Source: a virus | Lineage: Duplodnaviria > Heunggongvirae > Uroviricota > Caudoviricetes | IMG/VR virus record: IMGVR_UViG_2778261217_000006 | Coordinates: 1 to 39,933 of that record | Direction: 5' to 3' (one strand) | Length of the DNA: 39,933 bases | Shown: piece after piece, positions 1 to 10,093 of the stretch | Position numbering within the stretch: the first letter of the stretch is position 1 | Layout of the letters: each line of letters begins with the position of its first letter | Position numbers and translations under genes: made by a program | Notes under the pieces: generated by a model | Told to the model about the DNA's origin: nothing | Database searches by the model: none | Seen by the model: the letters and a program-made list of their open reading frames with translations, nothing else

Positions 1-483
1 ATGACGAAGAAAAAAGCACATAAACCTGGTTCAGCGACCATCGCGCTTAACAAGCGCGCCCGTCACGAATACTTTATCGAAGAAGAGTTCGAAGCGGGAC
101 TTGCCCTGCAAGGCTGGGAGGTTAAATCCCTGCGCGCAGGAAAAGCCAATATCAGCGACAGCTACGTCCTTCTGCGTGACGGAGAGGCATTTCTGTTTGG
201 CGCTAACATCACGCCAATGGCCGTGGCCTCCACGCATGTGGTGTGCGATCCTACCCGTACCCGCAAGTTACTTCTCAACCAACGCGAACTGGACTCATTG
301 TACGGTCGCGTCAATCGAGAAGGCTATACCGTAGTGGCGCTCTCCCTGTACTGGAAAAATGCCTGGTGCAAAGTGAAAATCGGCGTCGCCAAAGGTAAAA
401 AACAGCACGATAAACGTTCAGATATCAAAGAACGCGAATGGCAGGTGGATAAAGCACGTATCATGAAAAACGCCCACCGTTAA
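1..483 (+). CDS. smpB: SsrA-binding protein SmpB, full length (160 aa)
   Basis: Translation recognisable over its whole length as enterobacterial SmpB; sits immediately upstream of the tmRNA gene as in E. coli. Confidence 0.95.
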
Positions 484-697
484 ACCTGCACTCCAATTAT
501 TGACCAGTTCCTCACCGCGCCTCCCTCTCCGGCGGCGCGAATGAACATCTTATTGGCTATCACATCCGACACAAATGTTGCCATCCCATTGCTTAATCGA
601 ATAAAAATCAGGCTACATGGGTGCTAAATCTTTAACGATAACGCCATTGAGGCTGGTCATGGCGCTCATAAATCTGGTATACTTACCTTTACACATT

Positions 698-1060
698 GGG
701 GCTGATTCTGGATTCGACGGGATTTGCGAAACCCAAGGTGCATGCCGAGGGGCGGTTGGCCTCGTAAAAAGCCGCAAAAAATAGTCGCAAACGACGAAAA
801 CTACGCTTTAGCAGCTTAATAACCTGCTTAGAGCCCTCTCTCCCTAGCCTCCGCTCTTAGGACGGGGATCAAGAGAGGTCAAACCCAAAAGAGATCGCGT
901 GGAAGCCCTGCCTGGGGTTGAAGCGTTAAAACTTAATCAGGCTAGTTTGTTAGTGGCGTGTCCGTCCGCAGCTGGCAAGCGAATGTAAAGACTGACTAAG
1001 CATGTAGTACCGAGGATGTAGGAATTTCGGACGCGGGTTCAACTCCCGCCAGCTCCACCA
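698..1060 (+). ncRNA. ssrA: tmRNA (transfer-messenger RNA, SsrA)
   Basis: Starts GGGGCTGATTCTGGATTCGACGGG, contains the tag-reading-frame region (GCAAACGACGAAAACTACGCTTTAGCAGCTTAA) and ends ...GGTTCAACTCCCGCCAGCTCCACCA; 363 nt. Confidence 0.95.
1016..1060 (+). repeat. attL core: ssrA 3'-end copy of a 45-bp direct repeat
   Basis: Identical 45-mer ATGTAGGAATTTCGGACGCGGGTTCAACTCCCGCCAGCTCCACCA recurs at 34500..34544. Confidence 0.85.
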
Positions 1061-1070
1061 AATAAATCAA

Positions 1071-1100
1071 GGGGTTACGTGAAAGCGTAGCCCCTTTTTC
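1071..1100 (+). terminator. Rho-independent terminator after ssrA (now phage-derived sequence)
   Basis: Hairpin GGGGTTACG / CGTAGCCCC followed by TTTTTC. Confidence 0.55.
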
Positions 1101-1183
1101 TTTGGTAGTGGCGGCAAAATGGCGACAGACTTTTGCGTCCATCTTGCCTGTCGCCATCTTGAAATCATGCAAAGAGGTTTCAC

Positions 1184-1666
1184 ATGGAAGAACTTCACTT
1201 TGTTTACATCAATGCAAATGGTCGTATCGCTGTTCACTCTATACAGAGCATCAGTTATAGCGAAAATCATATACAGGGCATTTGTAAGAACACCGATCGA
1301 ATAAAAACCTTCCGAAAAGACCGCATTCTTAAACAGTACGATTCACCAGAACAAGCCATTCAGGAATGCGCGTCATTCCTCCCCGAAAGCTACTCACATC
1401 TCACTAAGCAGTCTGGTCCGAAAAAAAATACATTCGATGTGTGTTTCACCGGATTTAAGAAAGCAGATAAAGAAAGATTGGTTGATAAGGCGAATGAACA
1501 AGGATTAACGGTAAGAACCTCTATAACCCAAAGCCTTCAGATGCTCTGTTGCGGTTACAATGCAGGCCCATCAAAAGTATCGGCAGCCAGGATGAAAGGC
1601 ACAATCATCATAGATGAGCCTGGCTTTATACATTTTCTTGAAACGGGTGAGATCCCAGATGAATAA
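1184..1666 (+). CDS. Hypothetical protein with C-terminal BRCT-like domain (prophage moron between attL and ogr)
   Basis: ATG preceded by AGAGG. C-terminal ~75 aa (FDVCFTGF...GPSKVSAARMKGTIIIDEPGFIHFLETG) follows the BRCT pattern of NAD-ligase C-termini; N-terminal ~80 aa unrecognised. Confidence 0.6.
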   Translation: MEELHFVYINANGRIAVHSIQSISYSENHIQGICKNTDRIKTFRKDRILKQYDSPEQAIQECASFLPESYSHLTKQSGPKKNTFDVCFTGFKKADKERLVDKANEQGLTVRTSITQSLQMLCCGYNAGPSKVSAARMKGTIIIDEPGFIHFLETGEIPDE

Positions 1667-1692
1667 AAACCTGCCGTAGCAGGTTCTCTTTC

Positions 1693-1911
1693 TCAAAAAT
1701 TCATATGCCCCTGACCACCTGGCAATGGATGTGGAGGAGCAGTAGCAATCAGTGCGGGTGTCACAATAAACCGGACCACTGTTTCATGAGTAACAAAAGT
1801 GCTCCCGCAGTTAATATTTTGGCACTGGCAGTAACGCTCTTTGGTGCTTTCAGTTACTTGAAAACTGCTCCTTGTGTGTGCCGCATGACCACACTTTGGA
1901 CAATTCATCAT
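1693..1911 (-). CDS. ogr: Ogr/Delta-family zinc-finger late-gene transcription activator
   Basis: MNCPKCGHAAHTRSS...ERYCQCQNINCGSTF...PHPLPGG, a C4 zinc finger like P2 Ogr. The ORF track extends to 1956; start chosen at the internal ATG-ATG. Confidence 0.8.
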   Translation of the reverse strand: MMNCPKCGHAAHTRSSFQVTESTKERYCQCQNINCGSTFVTHETVVRFIVTPALIATAPPHPLPGGQGHMNF

Positions 1912-1979
1912 ATCCAGATCCCTACCTTTGCTATCAGAATCATTATAATGATACACAAAATATCAATATTGAGAACACT

Positions 1980-3080
1980 TTATTCCATTTCAAGATCATT
2001 AATCTTCACTTCGAGTTCAATACTGGTTGTAAAACCGTTATCCGGGCTGACGGTATGTGTCAGAGTCGTAATGGTCCATTCCGCATCATCTATCGGCTGT
2101 TTAAAACCACTGACCTTCACAGGCATTTCCGTGTAGAGATCTGCCCGCCCTTCTGCCAGTTGTAGCGAAAATGACGCAACGCCGCGTTGCAGGCGTTCCC
2201 ACTGCATTTTCGCCGCTCGTTCGGCGTTGCTCCGGTTGGCATAAGTGCGATTAAGTACCAGCACGTTTTCATCCGTACCCACCAGGTAATCGCCCTGCTT
2301 CGCTTCTGGCTCTTTCTTCTGCTTCTTAGTTCTGCGCTTACGCTTCACCGTGGTGCTTTCTTTCTTCGCAGGTTCGCGGGTATGCAACCAGCTGGCAATT
2401 ACGCCCGTGTAGGCTCCGCGATCTGCCAGGGTAAATCGGTGACTGTCGCCGTCCTTGCGTGTGATAGTGATCACTGGCAGAGGTTTACCAGTGGCGCTTT
2501 TGCCCTGCCCCTGCCGGATGAATAACAGATTGCCATTTTTCACCGACGCGATGGCACCGTACTGTCGCGCCAGCCGCATCAGAAAACTGCCGTCACTCTC
2601 ATTAGTCTGGTCTATATGCTCCACTGGCTTATCCGACAGGTCTTTACCCAGTGCCATCTTCAGCTTGTGCCGCGCGGCTATTTCCTTCACCACTTCCCCG
2701 ACGGTGGTCTTATGCCACGATTTTTCACGGCGGGTATTCAGCGTTTCCCGAAAATCAGCACTTCGCGCCCGGATAGTCAGGCGGTCCGGTGCGCCAGTGT
2801 GTTCAATCTCGTCCACTGTGAATGCCCCTTTCGGGAAAAGCGGCTGCCCCTTCCAGCCCAGCGCCAGCGTAATAACCGCACCACGGCGCGGCAGCACGAT
2901 TTTTCCGTCAGCGTCATCCAGCTCCAGATCAAGCTGGTCCGCTTCAAAGCCCCGGTTATCCGTCAGCGTCAAACTCATCAGGCGGTTATCCAGCACAGTG
3001 GTGATATCCCTGCCCTCAATACTGATGCTGAATGCGGGAGTTTTGTTGCCTTTGTTAAGCAGTTCAGAGCTGAAATTCAC
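1980..3080 (-). CDS. D: Tail protein gpD
   Basis: 366 aa, P2 gpD-like, at the end of the tail operon next to ogr. Confidence 0.85.
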   Translation of the reverse strand: MNFSSELLNKGNKTPAFSISIEGRDITTVLDNRLMSLTLTDNRGFEADQLDLELDDADGKIVLPRRGAVITLALGWKGQPLFPKGAFTVDEIEHTGAPDRLTIRARSADFRETLNTRREKSWHKTTVGEVVKEIAARHKLKMALGKDLSDKPVEHIDQTNESDGSFLMRLARQYGAIASVKNGNLLFIRQGQGKSATGKPLPVITITRKDGDSHRFTLADRGAYTGVIASWLHTREPAKKESTTVKRKRRTKKQKKEPEAKQGDYLVGTDENVLVLNRTYANRSNAERAAKMQWERLQRGVASFSLQLAEGRADLYTEMPVKVSGFKQPIDDAEWTITTLTHTVSPDNGFTTSIELEVKINDLEME

Positions 3081-3562
3081 GACAGCAGCCCTCCCACCGT
3101 TTTACTGATATCGCTTAAGGCAGACGTTGCCGTGTCCTGCAGATTATTCAGTTGCGCACTGAGATCACCGAACATATCGGACAGGGATTCATCCACTCGT
3201 TTGAGCGACAGGGTGAACTCAATCCGGCGCGGCATACCGTCGCGGAAAAACTCCGTTTTAGTCTGATTCAGTCCCTCAATCACATACATGCCGTAAATCG
3301 TGCCGCTGCCTTCAATCAGGGGCCATGCTTTCCCCTGTTCTGCCATCTGCTCCAGTGCCAGCAACGACAGCCTGCCGCCTGTTATTTCCGGCATAAGAAT
3401 ACCGGAAAGCGTCAGCATGTCGTTTTCCGGTCCCAGAAACTGCGTGGACGGACGTCGGTTTACCCGACTGTTTGCCGCATGTCGCCAGCTGCGTTGATAC
3501 TGCAGTTCCTGATACGGAACGGTGCGCAGCATAAACACGTACAATCCCAGCACCATCATCAT
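3077..3562 (-). CDS. U: Tail protein gpU
   Basis: 161 aa; position and size match P2 gpU; overlaps D and T by 4 nt. Confidence 0.8.
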   Translation of the reverse strand: MMMVLGLYVFMLRTVPYQELQYQRSWRHAANSRVNRRPSTQFLGPENDMLTLSGILMPEITGGRLSLLALEQMAEQGKAWPLIEGSGTIYGMYVIEGLNQTKTEFFRDGMPRRIEFTLSLKRVDESLSDMFGDLSAQLNNLQDTATSALSDISKTVGGLLS

Positions 3563-6500
3563 GCGTCGTATCCCCCCTGATCGCTGTAGTTACTCCTGGC
3601 TTTTGCCTTCAGCCTGCGTTCACGTTCATCAAGCTGGCGTGCCACCTCCCGCGCAATATCCTGCGCACTTTGTCCTGGCTGCGTCTGAATGATGATCTGC
3701 GTCGGTGCCTCAATCCGTTGAACGAGCGGCACAGTGGCTGCGCGACTCACAATTGCTTCTCCACCTTTCGCGGGAAGTGCCAAAGGGTGCAACGGTGGAA
3801 GCTCTGCTGGCGCGGCAGCAACGCCCATCATTCCGGCAACAACGGCAGCCAGTGCAGCTGTATTTCTCCGGCTGGTCACATTTGCCGGGCCGTTAACAAT
3901 TTCCGGCCCGTTTTCACCGACGATGCCAAACTGCCCGCGCGGGATATACCCGCCGCTGTCATACATCCCCGCAAAGCCATATCCCCATGATGGAAAACCA
4001 CCCGATGGCATCATCACTTTACCGTCTGCATTCACCGTCGCAGGTTGCTGACGCGTCACGCTTTCCGGCAGTTTTGCCTTTGCGGCCTCTTTACTGACAA
4101 TGCCGAGCTTCTCCAGCAACCAGGAAACGCCGGATTTCAGGGAGTCCAGCGGATGCATGACCATATTCAGCCCTTCCGCCAGTGCCTCCCCGAATCGCCG
4201 CCCCATTGCCGCTGCGCTCTGCAGTTCGGCAGAGGTCGACTTAACGGGCGTCAGCAGATCAGTAAACCAGCCCCACAGCGCCTGCACTTTGTCGCCAATC
4301 CACTGGAACACGGGCTTAAGCGGTTCGAACGCTGCACTGATGGGACCTGCCGCCGCTTTGAATCCTTCCACCACGCCACCGAGAAATGCGGTGATGGGTT
4401 GCCAGTATTTCCAGACAACCAGCGCCACGCCCGCCAGTGCAGTAACCACAAGACCTATCGGACTGAGCAGAGCACCTAACAGACCAGATATGGCATACAG
4501 GGCAACGCGCAGCATCGCCAGTGGACCAGATGCCAGTACTCGCAGCACCGTGCCTGCGGCGGCCAGTCCACCGCGCAGTACCGCCAGAGGATTCATAAAC
4601 ATCACAGCAACAGCACGTAAACCGGATAATCCAGACCGCAAAAGTACAACCGGCGCACCTGCTACAGTTTTCAGGACATTTCCCGTCAGTGATGCCGTGC
4701 GGCGCAAAGACGACAACGGCGCAGTAAGTAAACCTGCGGCGTTGCCCGATGAAGCAAGCCCGCGTCGCAGCAGTGCCAGTGGTGCGCCAGCCAGCCAGGA
4801 CAACGCGCTGCTGGTTCGAGTTACTGCTGCCGTAACGGAAGATAACGTTTTGATACCCAACACAGAGAATCCCAGACGGATCACTGCCAGCGGCCCCAGC
4901 ACTGCAGCCAGCGCCAGCGCTAAGGTGCCAAGGCCGACGGTAACCGCAGCCACAACAGCCGATGCTTTCATCAGTGTGCCTGTCAGTTCCGGGTTAGCTT
5001 CCACCCAGCGACGCAACGCCCCCGTGACGATTTTCACCGTGTACAGAATATCCATCAGCGGCTGGCGCAGCGTTTCGCCCAGGCTGCTGAAGGTGTTCTG
5101 CGCTCCGGTTTTGACCAGCAACCACTGCGCAGAAAGTGAATCCTTGTTAATGTCGGATTCTTTCTGCATGGAGCCGAGCGCATCATTGCCCGCTGTCAGT
5201 TTTAACTGACGCTGCAGTTCCGGCAGGTTGTTTGCCAGTTTCGCCGCGTCATCGCCAAACTCTTTACCAAACAACATAGTCATGGCAGACAGGCGCTTGT
5301 CCTGCGGCAGCGCGTTTACCTTCTCCAGCACGCGCTGGATGGTTCCCATCGCATCCTTCGTCATCTGCTTTTCAATCACTTCAGGATTGAGTTTCAGCAG
5401 ATTCATCCCTTCAAAGAAACTCTTGCTTTGCATGGTGGCAATGGACAATTCACGCACCATCGCGTTTGCTGCACTGGCTGCAACCTCTGGCGCAGCGCCC
5501 AGTGTCAGGAAGGTGGAACCCAGCGCCGCCGCTTTACGATAATCCAGACGGTCAGCCACACCGCCCAGACGTTGCATCACATCAATGATGTCTGCCCCTT
5601 TCGACATGGCGTTATCATCCAGATAGTTCAGCGCATCACCGAGCTGTTCAATATTGCGGGTGGGGATTTTGTAGAGCTGGGCGATTTTCCCCAGACTTTC
5701 TGACAGTTCATCCGCTGGCAGCTCAAAGGCTGTTGCCGCCTTTGCTGCCGTACTGGCGAAGGCCAGCAGGTCACGTTTCTGATCTTCCCAGCTGTCGTCA
5801 GGGTTTGCGACGTTCATGCGCGCACCACCTTCAACCAGTGCAGCGAAGTCCACCGCACCGTTTTCCATCGGCAACTGTTCGCTGGCAGCCTTGATGGCAT
5901 CCTGCATTTCATAAAAACGTGCAGTGCGGTTGCCATTATCGTCACGCAGACCATTGACCTGCTTTGCCACACCTTTCATGGCATCTTCCATGCTGGTATA
6001 GCTTTTTACTGCCGCCATCACTGGCGCACCCATTGCCAGCCCTGCAGCCGTGGTGGTGGCTCCGGCACCTGCAATACGATCACGCACCTCCAGCGAACGG
6101 GCATAACTGGCACGCGCTGCATTCATCCTGCGCTGAGCTTCCCCCAGTCGCTTCAGCCGCGCCTCCTGTTTCGAAAGTTCCTGGTTATAACGTGATGTTT
6201 CACGGGCTAAACGGGCAGTTGCTCCCGCATCGTCTTTCGCAGAAATTCCCGCCCGGTACAGTTCAGCACGCACAAGCGCCGTCTGCTGCTGCAGCTTTTT
6301 CTGGCGTTCTTCCAGGCGCTGAACAGCCAGCCGTTGACGGCCCAGAGCAACAACCTGACGTTGCGAAGGCGGCCCCATCGCTCCCAGTTCCTGACTGAGC
6401 AAATTTGCACGCTGGCGGGCATAGTTCAGCCTGTCGCCTAATTTCTGATTTTCTGCCTGCAGCTTTCGGAAGCTGTCCAGACTGCTCCCGGCCTGATCAA

Positions 6501-6636
6501 GCTGCTTTATTGCATCGCGGGATTTTTTGACAGCAGCAGCCAGTTCTCTTGAACTGGCCTGCGCAGATCGAAATGGGCGGGTGAGCTTGTCAACCGCATT
6601 AAGAATGACCTGCAGACGCAGGTTGTTATCACTCAT
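3559..6636 (-). CDS. T: Tail tape measure protein gpT
   Basis: 1025 aa, coiled-coil and Ala/Gly-rich hydrophobic repeats typical of tape measure proteins; follows E/E'. Confidence 0.9.
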   Translation of the reverse strand: MSDNNLRLQVILNAVDKLTRPFRSAQASSRELAAAVKKSRDAIKQLDQAGSSLDSFRKLQAENQKLGDRLNYARQRANLLSQELGAMGPPSQRQVVALGRQRLAVQRLEERQKKLQQQTALVRAELYRAGISAKDDAGATARLARETSRYNQELSKQEARLKRLGEAQRRMNAARASYARSLEVRDRIAGAGATTTAAGLAMGAPVMAAVKSYTSMEDAMKGVAKQVNGLRDDNGNRTARFYEMQDAIKAASEQLPMENGAVDFAALVEGGARMNVANPDDSWEDQKRDLLAFASTAAKAATAFELPADELSESLGKIAQLYKIPTRNIEQLGDALNYLDDNAMSKGADIIDVMQRLGGVADRLDYRKAAALGSTFLTLGAAPEVAASAANAMVRELSIATMQSKSFFEGMNLLKLNPEVIEKQMTKDAMGTIQRVLEKVNALPQDKRLSAMTMLFGKEFGDDAAKLANNLPELQRQLKLTAGNDALGSMQKESDINKDSLSAQWLLVKTGAQNTFSSLGETLRQPLMDILYTVKIVTGALRRWVEANPELTGTLMKASAVVAAVTVGLGTLALALAAVLGPLAVIRLGFSVLGIKTLSSVTAAVTRTSSALSWLAGAPLALLRRGLASSGNAAGLLTAPLSSLRRTASLTGNVLKTVAGAPVVLLRSGLSGLRAVAVMFMNPLAVLRGGLAAAGTVLRVLASGPLAMLRVALYAISGLLGALLSPIGLVVTALAGVALVVWKYWQPITAFLGGVVEGFKAAAGPISAAFEPLKPVFQWIGDKVQALWGWFTDLLTPVKSTSAELQSAAAMGRRFGEALAEGLNMVMHPLDSLKSGVSWLLEKLGIVSKEAAKAKLPESVTRQQPATVNADGKVMMPSGGFPSWGYGFAGMYDSGGYIPRGQFGIVGENGPEIVNGPANVTSRRNTAALAAVVAGMMGVAAAPAELPPLHPLALPAKGGEAIVSRAATVPLVQRIEAPTQIIIQTQPGQSAQDIAREVARQLDERERRLKAKARSNYSDQGGYDA

Positions 6637-6762
6637 CGTTGGCCCCGCTTCTCTGAATCGCTTTATACCGCCATTCCAGCACTTCGGTCAGCGGCATAAC
6701 GTCAGTAACGGATGGCGGCCAGTGAAAAATGGTGGCGATATCTGCCACCAGATCGTCAACCG

Positions 6763-7065
6763 TCAGGCTGTCGGTAAACCGGCAAGCACCGACTTCTTCA
6801 ACAAAAAAGTGACAACCTCAACCGACATGGCAGTGAGATCTGCCGGGTCCATCTCTGCAATTTCCTGTGCAGTCAGTGCCGGACTGGAGATGCGGGGGAT
6901 CACGGTCATCATCGCGTTTACATCCATATCCATAATGGCCTGCAGGCGTGTACCGCGCAGCGCACCGGACTGCGGTTTACGCAGCACAATTTCGGTGATT
7001 TCTGTTTTACCGCGCTTGATGGGGGTATCCAGTTGAATGGTCTTTTCAGTCTGCTTATCGCTCAT
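6763..7065 (-). CDS. E: Tail chaperone gpE; -1 frameshift product E+E' would extend to 6629
   Basis: 100 aa ORF; slippery heptamer T_TTT_TTG at 6802..6808 (minus strand) with the -1 frame open to a TGA at 6629 overlapping the T start. Confidence 0.8.
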   Translation of the reverse strand: MSDKQTEKTIQLDTPIKRGKTEITEIVLRKPQSGALRGTRLQAIMDMDVNAMMTVIPRISSPALTAQEIAEMDPADLTAMSVEVVTFLLKKSVLAGLPTA

Positions 7066-7119
7066 TTTGCTGTCCTGTCAATTGGGTTCTGGCGCGGTAT
7101 CCCGCGCCGTTCAGATATA

Positions 7120-7635
7120 TCAGAGGCCGAGGGCGTTGCGGTGCGCTTCCATCAGGTCCACACCGTCCACAATTTCCACCATGTTGATAAGGTCCACTTC
7201 ATAGAGCACCTCACCATTGATGGTCAGCTTCGCGTAGCTGTTGGTACTGGTCACTTTGGTGGTGTTGCTTTCGCCCGTCTTCCACTCGCCGGAATCCACT
7301 TCTTTGTGACGTCCACGCACGACAAGCTCCACGGCCTGCACTTCCCCGGTATCGTCACGCTGAATAGAGCCGGTAAAGCGCAGCTGGATGCCATCCACCG
7401 TGGCTTTACCCATCTGTTTAAACAGCAGCAATTCAGTACCACCAATGGAAAATTCTGTGTCCAGCGCACTGTCATCAAGCCCCAGATCCACATCCACCGC
7501 ACCCGGCATTCCGCCGCCGCGATACTTCTCATATTTGCGGGTAAATTTCGGCAGCGTCAGCGACTCAACGATCCCCTGCCAGTTGTTCCCGTCGTTAAAC
7601 AGGTTCAGGTGTTTTAATTTGCGTGGTAAAGCCAT
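7120..7635 (-). CDS. FII: Tail tube protein gpFII
   Basis: 171 aa; position after the sheath gene and size match P2 FII. Confidence 0.85.
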   Translation of the reverse strand: MALPRKLKHLNLFNDGNNWQGIVESLTLPKFTRKYEKYRGGGMPGAVDVDLGLDDSALDTEFSIGGTELLLFKQMGKATVDGIQLRFTGSIQRDDTGEVQAVELVVRGRHKEVDSGEWKTGESNTTKVTSTNSYAKLTINGEVLYEVDLINMVEIVDGVDLMEAHRNALGL

Positions 7636-7644
7636 GTTGTCCCC

Positions 7645-8817
7645 TTACGCGCTGACCTGGCTGGCGAAATTCACCAGGTACTGATCGGTGATGCGCTGAC
7701 GCAGCATCAGGTTTTCAAGTGGCGGCACTGGCGTGTAGTCGTAGTCGATGGTGAGTTTTCCGGCTTTCAGCGTGTCTTTGTCGTTCACCGACTCATCCAG
7801 CCAGCAATCACCACCAATGAGATAGCCCTGACTGACCAGGCTGCGCATTTTGGCGCGGATACCCTCGATAATGTCGCGCGCCAGCGACGGGTTAAGCGGT
7901 TTATCCACCGCCCACATGTGTGCTTCTGCCATCGTGTCCATCAGCACCTGCGCCGTGCGGGTGTAGTTTTCGAAGGCAAAGAGCGGGTCATCACTCAGGC
8001 AGCGGGAACCCCAGAAGCGGAAACCGTCTTTACGCACAAGCGTGGTGACGTCGTTCTGGTTCAGCAGACCTGCATCGGTTGCCGGGTCCTGCAGATCCCA
8101 GAACACATCTGCAGAAATTCCGGTGACACCGTTCACGCCCACGTTGGACAGGCTTTTGTGCCATCCGGTCTGCTCATCAATTTTGGCGCGCAGACCAAGC
8201 GCACGGGCGGTAGCATATGCCGTTGCTTCGGCATTCAGCACCGTGTCCCAGCCAGTAAAGTCAGGCCAGATCAGCATCCCTTCGCGCTGGCTGAAGTTTT
8301 CGCGGTAAGTGATCGCCTCCTGCACTGTCTTGCAGCCATACGCTGACAGGTAAGCAAATCCACGCAGGCTTTGCGCCACGCTCAGCAACTCAGTAGCTAC
8401 CGCCTTGGTGTCGTGGCCTGGCACGCCGAGAATGCGCGGTTTAACGCCGAGCTGTGACTGGGCAGATAACAGGGCTTTCATACCTGTTTTTTTACCTTCA
8501 GCAGTCACTGCGCCGATGATATTGGTCGTGGTTTCGTCTTCCGTTTCACCCTGCGGCACACGCACAACAATGGTCACGGGTTTTGCCTGGTCAGCGATGG
8601 CATCCAGCGAACGGGCCAGAGTACCTGACTCACCCGCTTTACCGCTGGCAGTCAGCACATCAGTGATCAGCACGGGTTTATTAAGAGGAAACATTTTTGC
8701 ATCGGCATCATCGCCCGTGCAGACCATACCCACGATGGCGGTGCTCACCGTGGTAATAGATCGGGTGCCTTCGTTGACTTCAACAACGCGCACCCCGTGG
8801 TGGTAATCCTGAGCCAT
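7645..8817 (-). CDS. FI: Contractile tail sheath protein gpFI
   Basis: 390 aa, P2 FI-like. Confidence 0.9.
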   Translation of the reverse strand: MAQDYHHGVRVVEVNEGTRSITTVSTAIVGMVCTGDDADAKMFPLNKPVLITDVLTASGKAGESGTLARSLDAIADQAKPVTIVVRVPQGETEDETTTNIIGAVTAEGKKTGMKALLSAQSQLGVKPRILGVPGHDTKAVATELLSVAQSLRGFAYLSAYGCKTVQEAITYRENFSQREGMLIWPDFTGWDTVLNAEATAYATARALGLRAKIDEQTGWHKSLSNVGVNGVTGISADVFWDLQDPATDAGLLNQNDVTTLVRKDGFRFWGSRCLSDDPLFAFENYTRTAQVLMDTMAEAHMWAVDKPLNPSLARDIIEGIRAKMRSLVSQGYLIGGDCWLDESVNDKDTLKAGKLTIDYDYTPVPPLENLMLRQRITDQYLVNFASQVSA

Positions 8818-8893
8818 AGTGGCGAACCTCCTGATTGGATTAGGCTTCGCCCTATGTTGAAGTGATTGTGCCTGACAAACAGCTAAGCGCAGT

Positions 8894-8911
8894 TGTGTCG
8901 TTATTCACACA
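8894..8911 (-). promoter_or_regulatory. Candidate Ogr-dependent late promoter element upstream of FI
   Basis: TGT-N12-ACA dyad (TGTGTCGTTATTCACACA) about 80 to 95 bp upstream of the FI start. Confidence 0.5.
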
Positions 8912-8959
8912 AAATAACGGTATTTGTCTGCTTGCAGGGATAATCAACATAATGCTGAT

Positions 8960-9532
8960 TCAGGGGGATTCATTGATCTTATTTGCCGGAAATTTTCTAT
9001 AAATGGTAGAAACGCCTACATCAAAAATCAGTGCAATACGCTGTCTTGATTCTCCGGCCTCGAGTAAACGCCCAATCTGTGCCCACTGTTCGGTGGTCAA
9101 CTTAGGACGGCGTCCACCTACTCTGCCTTTGGCACGAGCTGCAGCCAGCCCTGCCCTGGTACGTTCAACTATCAGTTCGCGTTCCATTTCAGCCAGGGCA
9201 CCCATGACATGAAAAAAGAAACGGCCCATTGGGGTACTGGTATCAATACTGTCAGTCAGGCTTCTGAAATTCACACCACGCTGGCGCAACTCTTCTATCA
9301 GCGTAACAAGATGCCGCATACTGCGCCCCAACCTGTCCAGCTTCCAGACAACTAGCGTGTCTCCTGCCGATAGTGTCCTGAGTAGTTTTTTCAGCCCCGG
9401 TCTGTCGGACTTAGTGCCACTGATTTTGTCCTCAAAAATCCGCTCACATCCCGCGCAGTTCAGTGCATTACGTTGCAAATCGGTGTTCTGGTCATTTGTT
9501 GACACGCGTACATAGCCAATAAGCATGATCAT
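8960..9532 (-). CDS. Serine DNA invertase (Hin/Gin/Cin/Pin family)
   Basis: N-terminal resolvase catalytic domain (GYVRVSTNDQNTDLQ, VWKLDRLGRS) and C-terminal HTH; lies immediately beside the invertible tail-fibre segment. Confidence 0.9.
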   Translation of the reverse strand: MIMLIGYVRVSTNDQNTDLQRNALNCAGCERIFEDKISGTKSDRPGLKKLLRTLSAGDTLVVWKLDRLGRSMRHLVTLIEELRQRGVNFRSLTDSIDTSTPMGRFFFHVMGALAEMERELIVERTRAGLAAARAKGRVGGRRPKLTTEQWAQIGRLLEAGESRQRIALIFDVGVSTIYRKFPANKINESP

Positions 9533-9553
9533 CCCCCTGAATAAAAACCGGAG

Positions 9554-10093
9554 ATGATGCCAGTTAGCTGTTACCTCTGCATTTTCTTAAACGTTGGTTT
9601 GGGAGAAGGCTCTGCATTACCTGTTGGTGTCCCTGTTCCGTGGCCTTCAGCCACTCCGCCAACAGGCTGGCTGAAATGCAATGGTGCAGCTTTTTCTGCT
9701 GAAGAATACCCGGAACTGGCAAAAGTTTACCCGACAAATAAATTGCCTGATTTACGTGGTGAGTTTATTCGTGGCTGGGATGACGGGCGGGGGATTGATA
9801 CAGGTCGCTCTATTTTAAGTATTCAGGGATATGCAACGGAGGATCATGCTCATGGATTACCGTCAAGATCCACGATTGTGACTGATGCAACTATTAATTT
9901 CTATTTTGATGAAAGCTGGGTAAATAGTGGCACTGACATTATCAAAAGAGGAAACACAAACGATGCCGGATTACCAGCACCGGATTATGGAACCTTTAAA
10001 ACATATAAACAATCAGTGGCTGGTTTAGGTGCCGCAGCCTCAGAAACGCGTCCGCGTAATATTGCATTTAACTATATCGTGAGGGCAGCCTGA
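9554..10093 (+). CDS. Alternative tail-fibre C-terminal variable exon (silent in this orientation)
   Basis: Begins GLGEG..VPVPWPS.TPP.GWL.CNG..F....YPEL, a tail-collar-type fibre tip; shares the GLGEG junction with H at the crossover site; the true N-terminus would be supplied by H after inversion. Confidence 0.6.
   Translation: MMPVSCYLCIFLNVGLGEGSALPVGVPVPWPSATPPTGWLKCNGAAFSAEEYPELAKVYPTNKLPDLRGEFIRGWDDGRGIDTGRSILSIQGYATEDHAHGLPSRSTIVTDATINFYFDESWVNSGTDIIKRGNTNDAGLPAPDYGTFKTYKQSVAGLGAAASETRPRNIAFNYIVRAA
9582..9607. repeat. Left hix/gix-like 26-bp inversion crossover site
   Basis: TTTTCTTAAACG TT GGTTTGGGAGAA; the 16-bp core 9594..9609 is a perfect inverted repeat of 11407..11422. Confidence 0.65.

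Noticed and set aside
101-334. ORFs inside smpB in other frames (101..334 plus, 31..237 minus)
   Set aside because: Embedded in a highly conserved core gene; shadow frames.
1067-1304. Short ORFs (67 and 61 aa) spanning the ssrA terminator and the BRCT-gene start
   Set aside because: Overlap the terminator hairpin and the ribosome-binding site of the better-supported 1184..1666 gene; no support of their own.
2455-3266. Two plus-strand ORFs (217 and 216 aa) opposite gpD/gpU
   Set aside because: Antisense to tail genes; Ser/Arg-rich low-complexity translations.
4100-5209. 369-aa plus-strand ORF (and neighbours 3670..4051, 4045..4479) inside the tape measure gene
   Set aside because: Antisense to a confidently identified 1025-aa gene; low-complexity Ala/Ser/Pro-rich translation typical of GC-rich antisense frames; no ribosome-binding site context.
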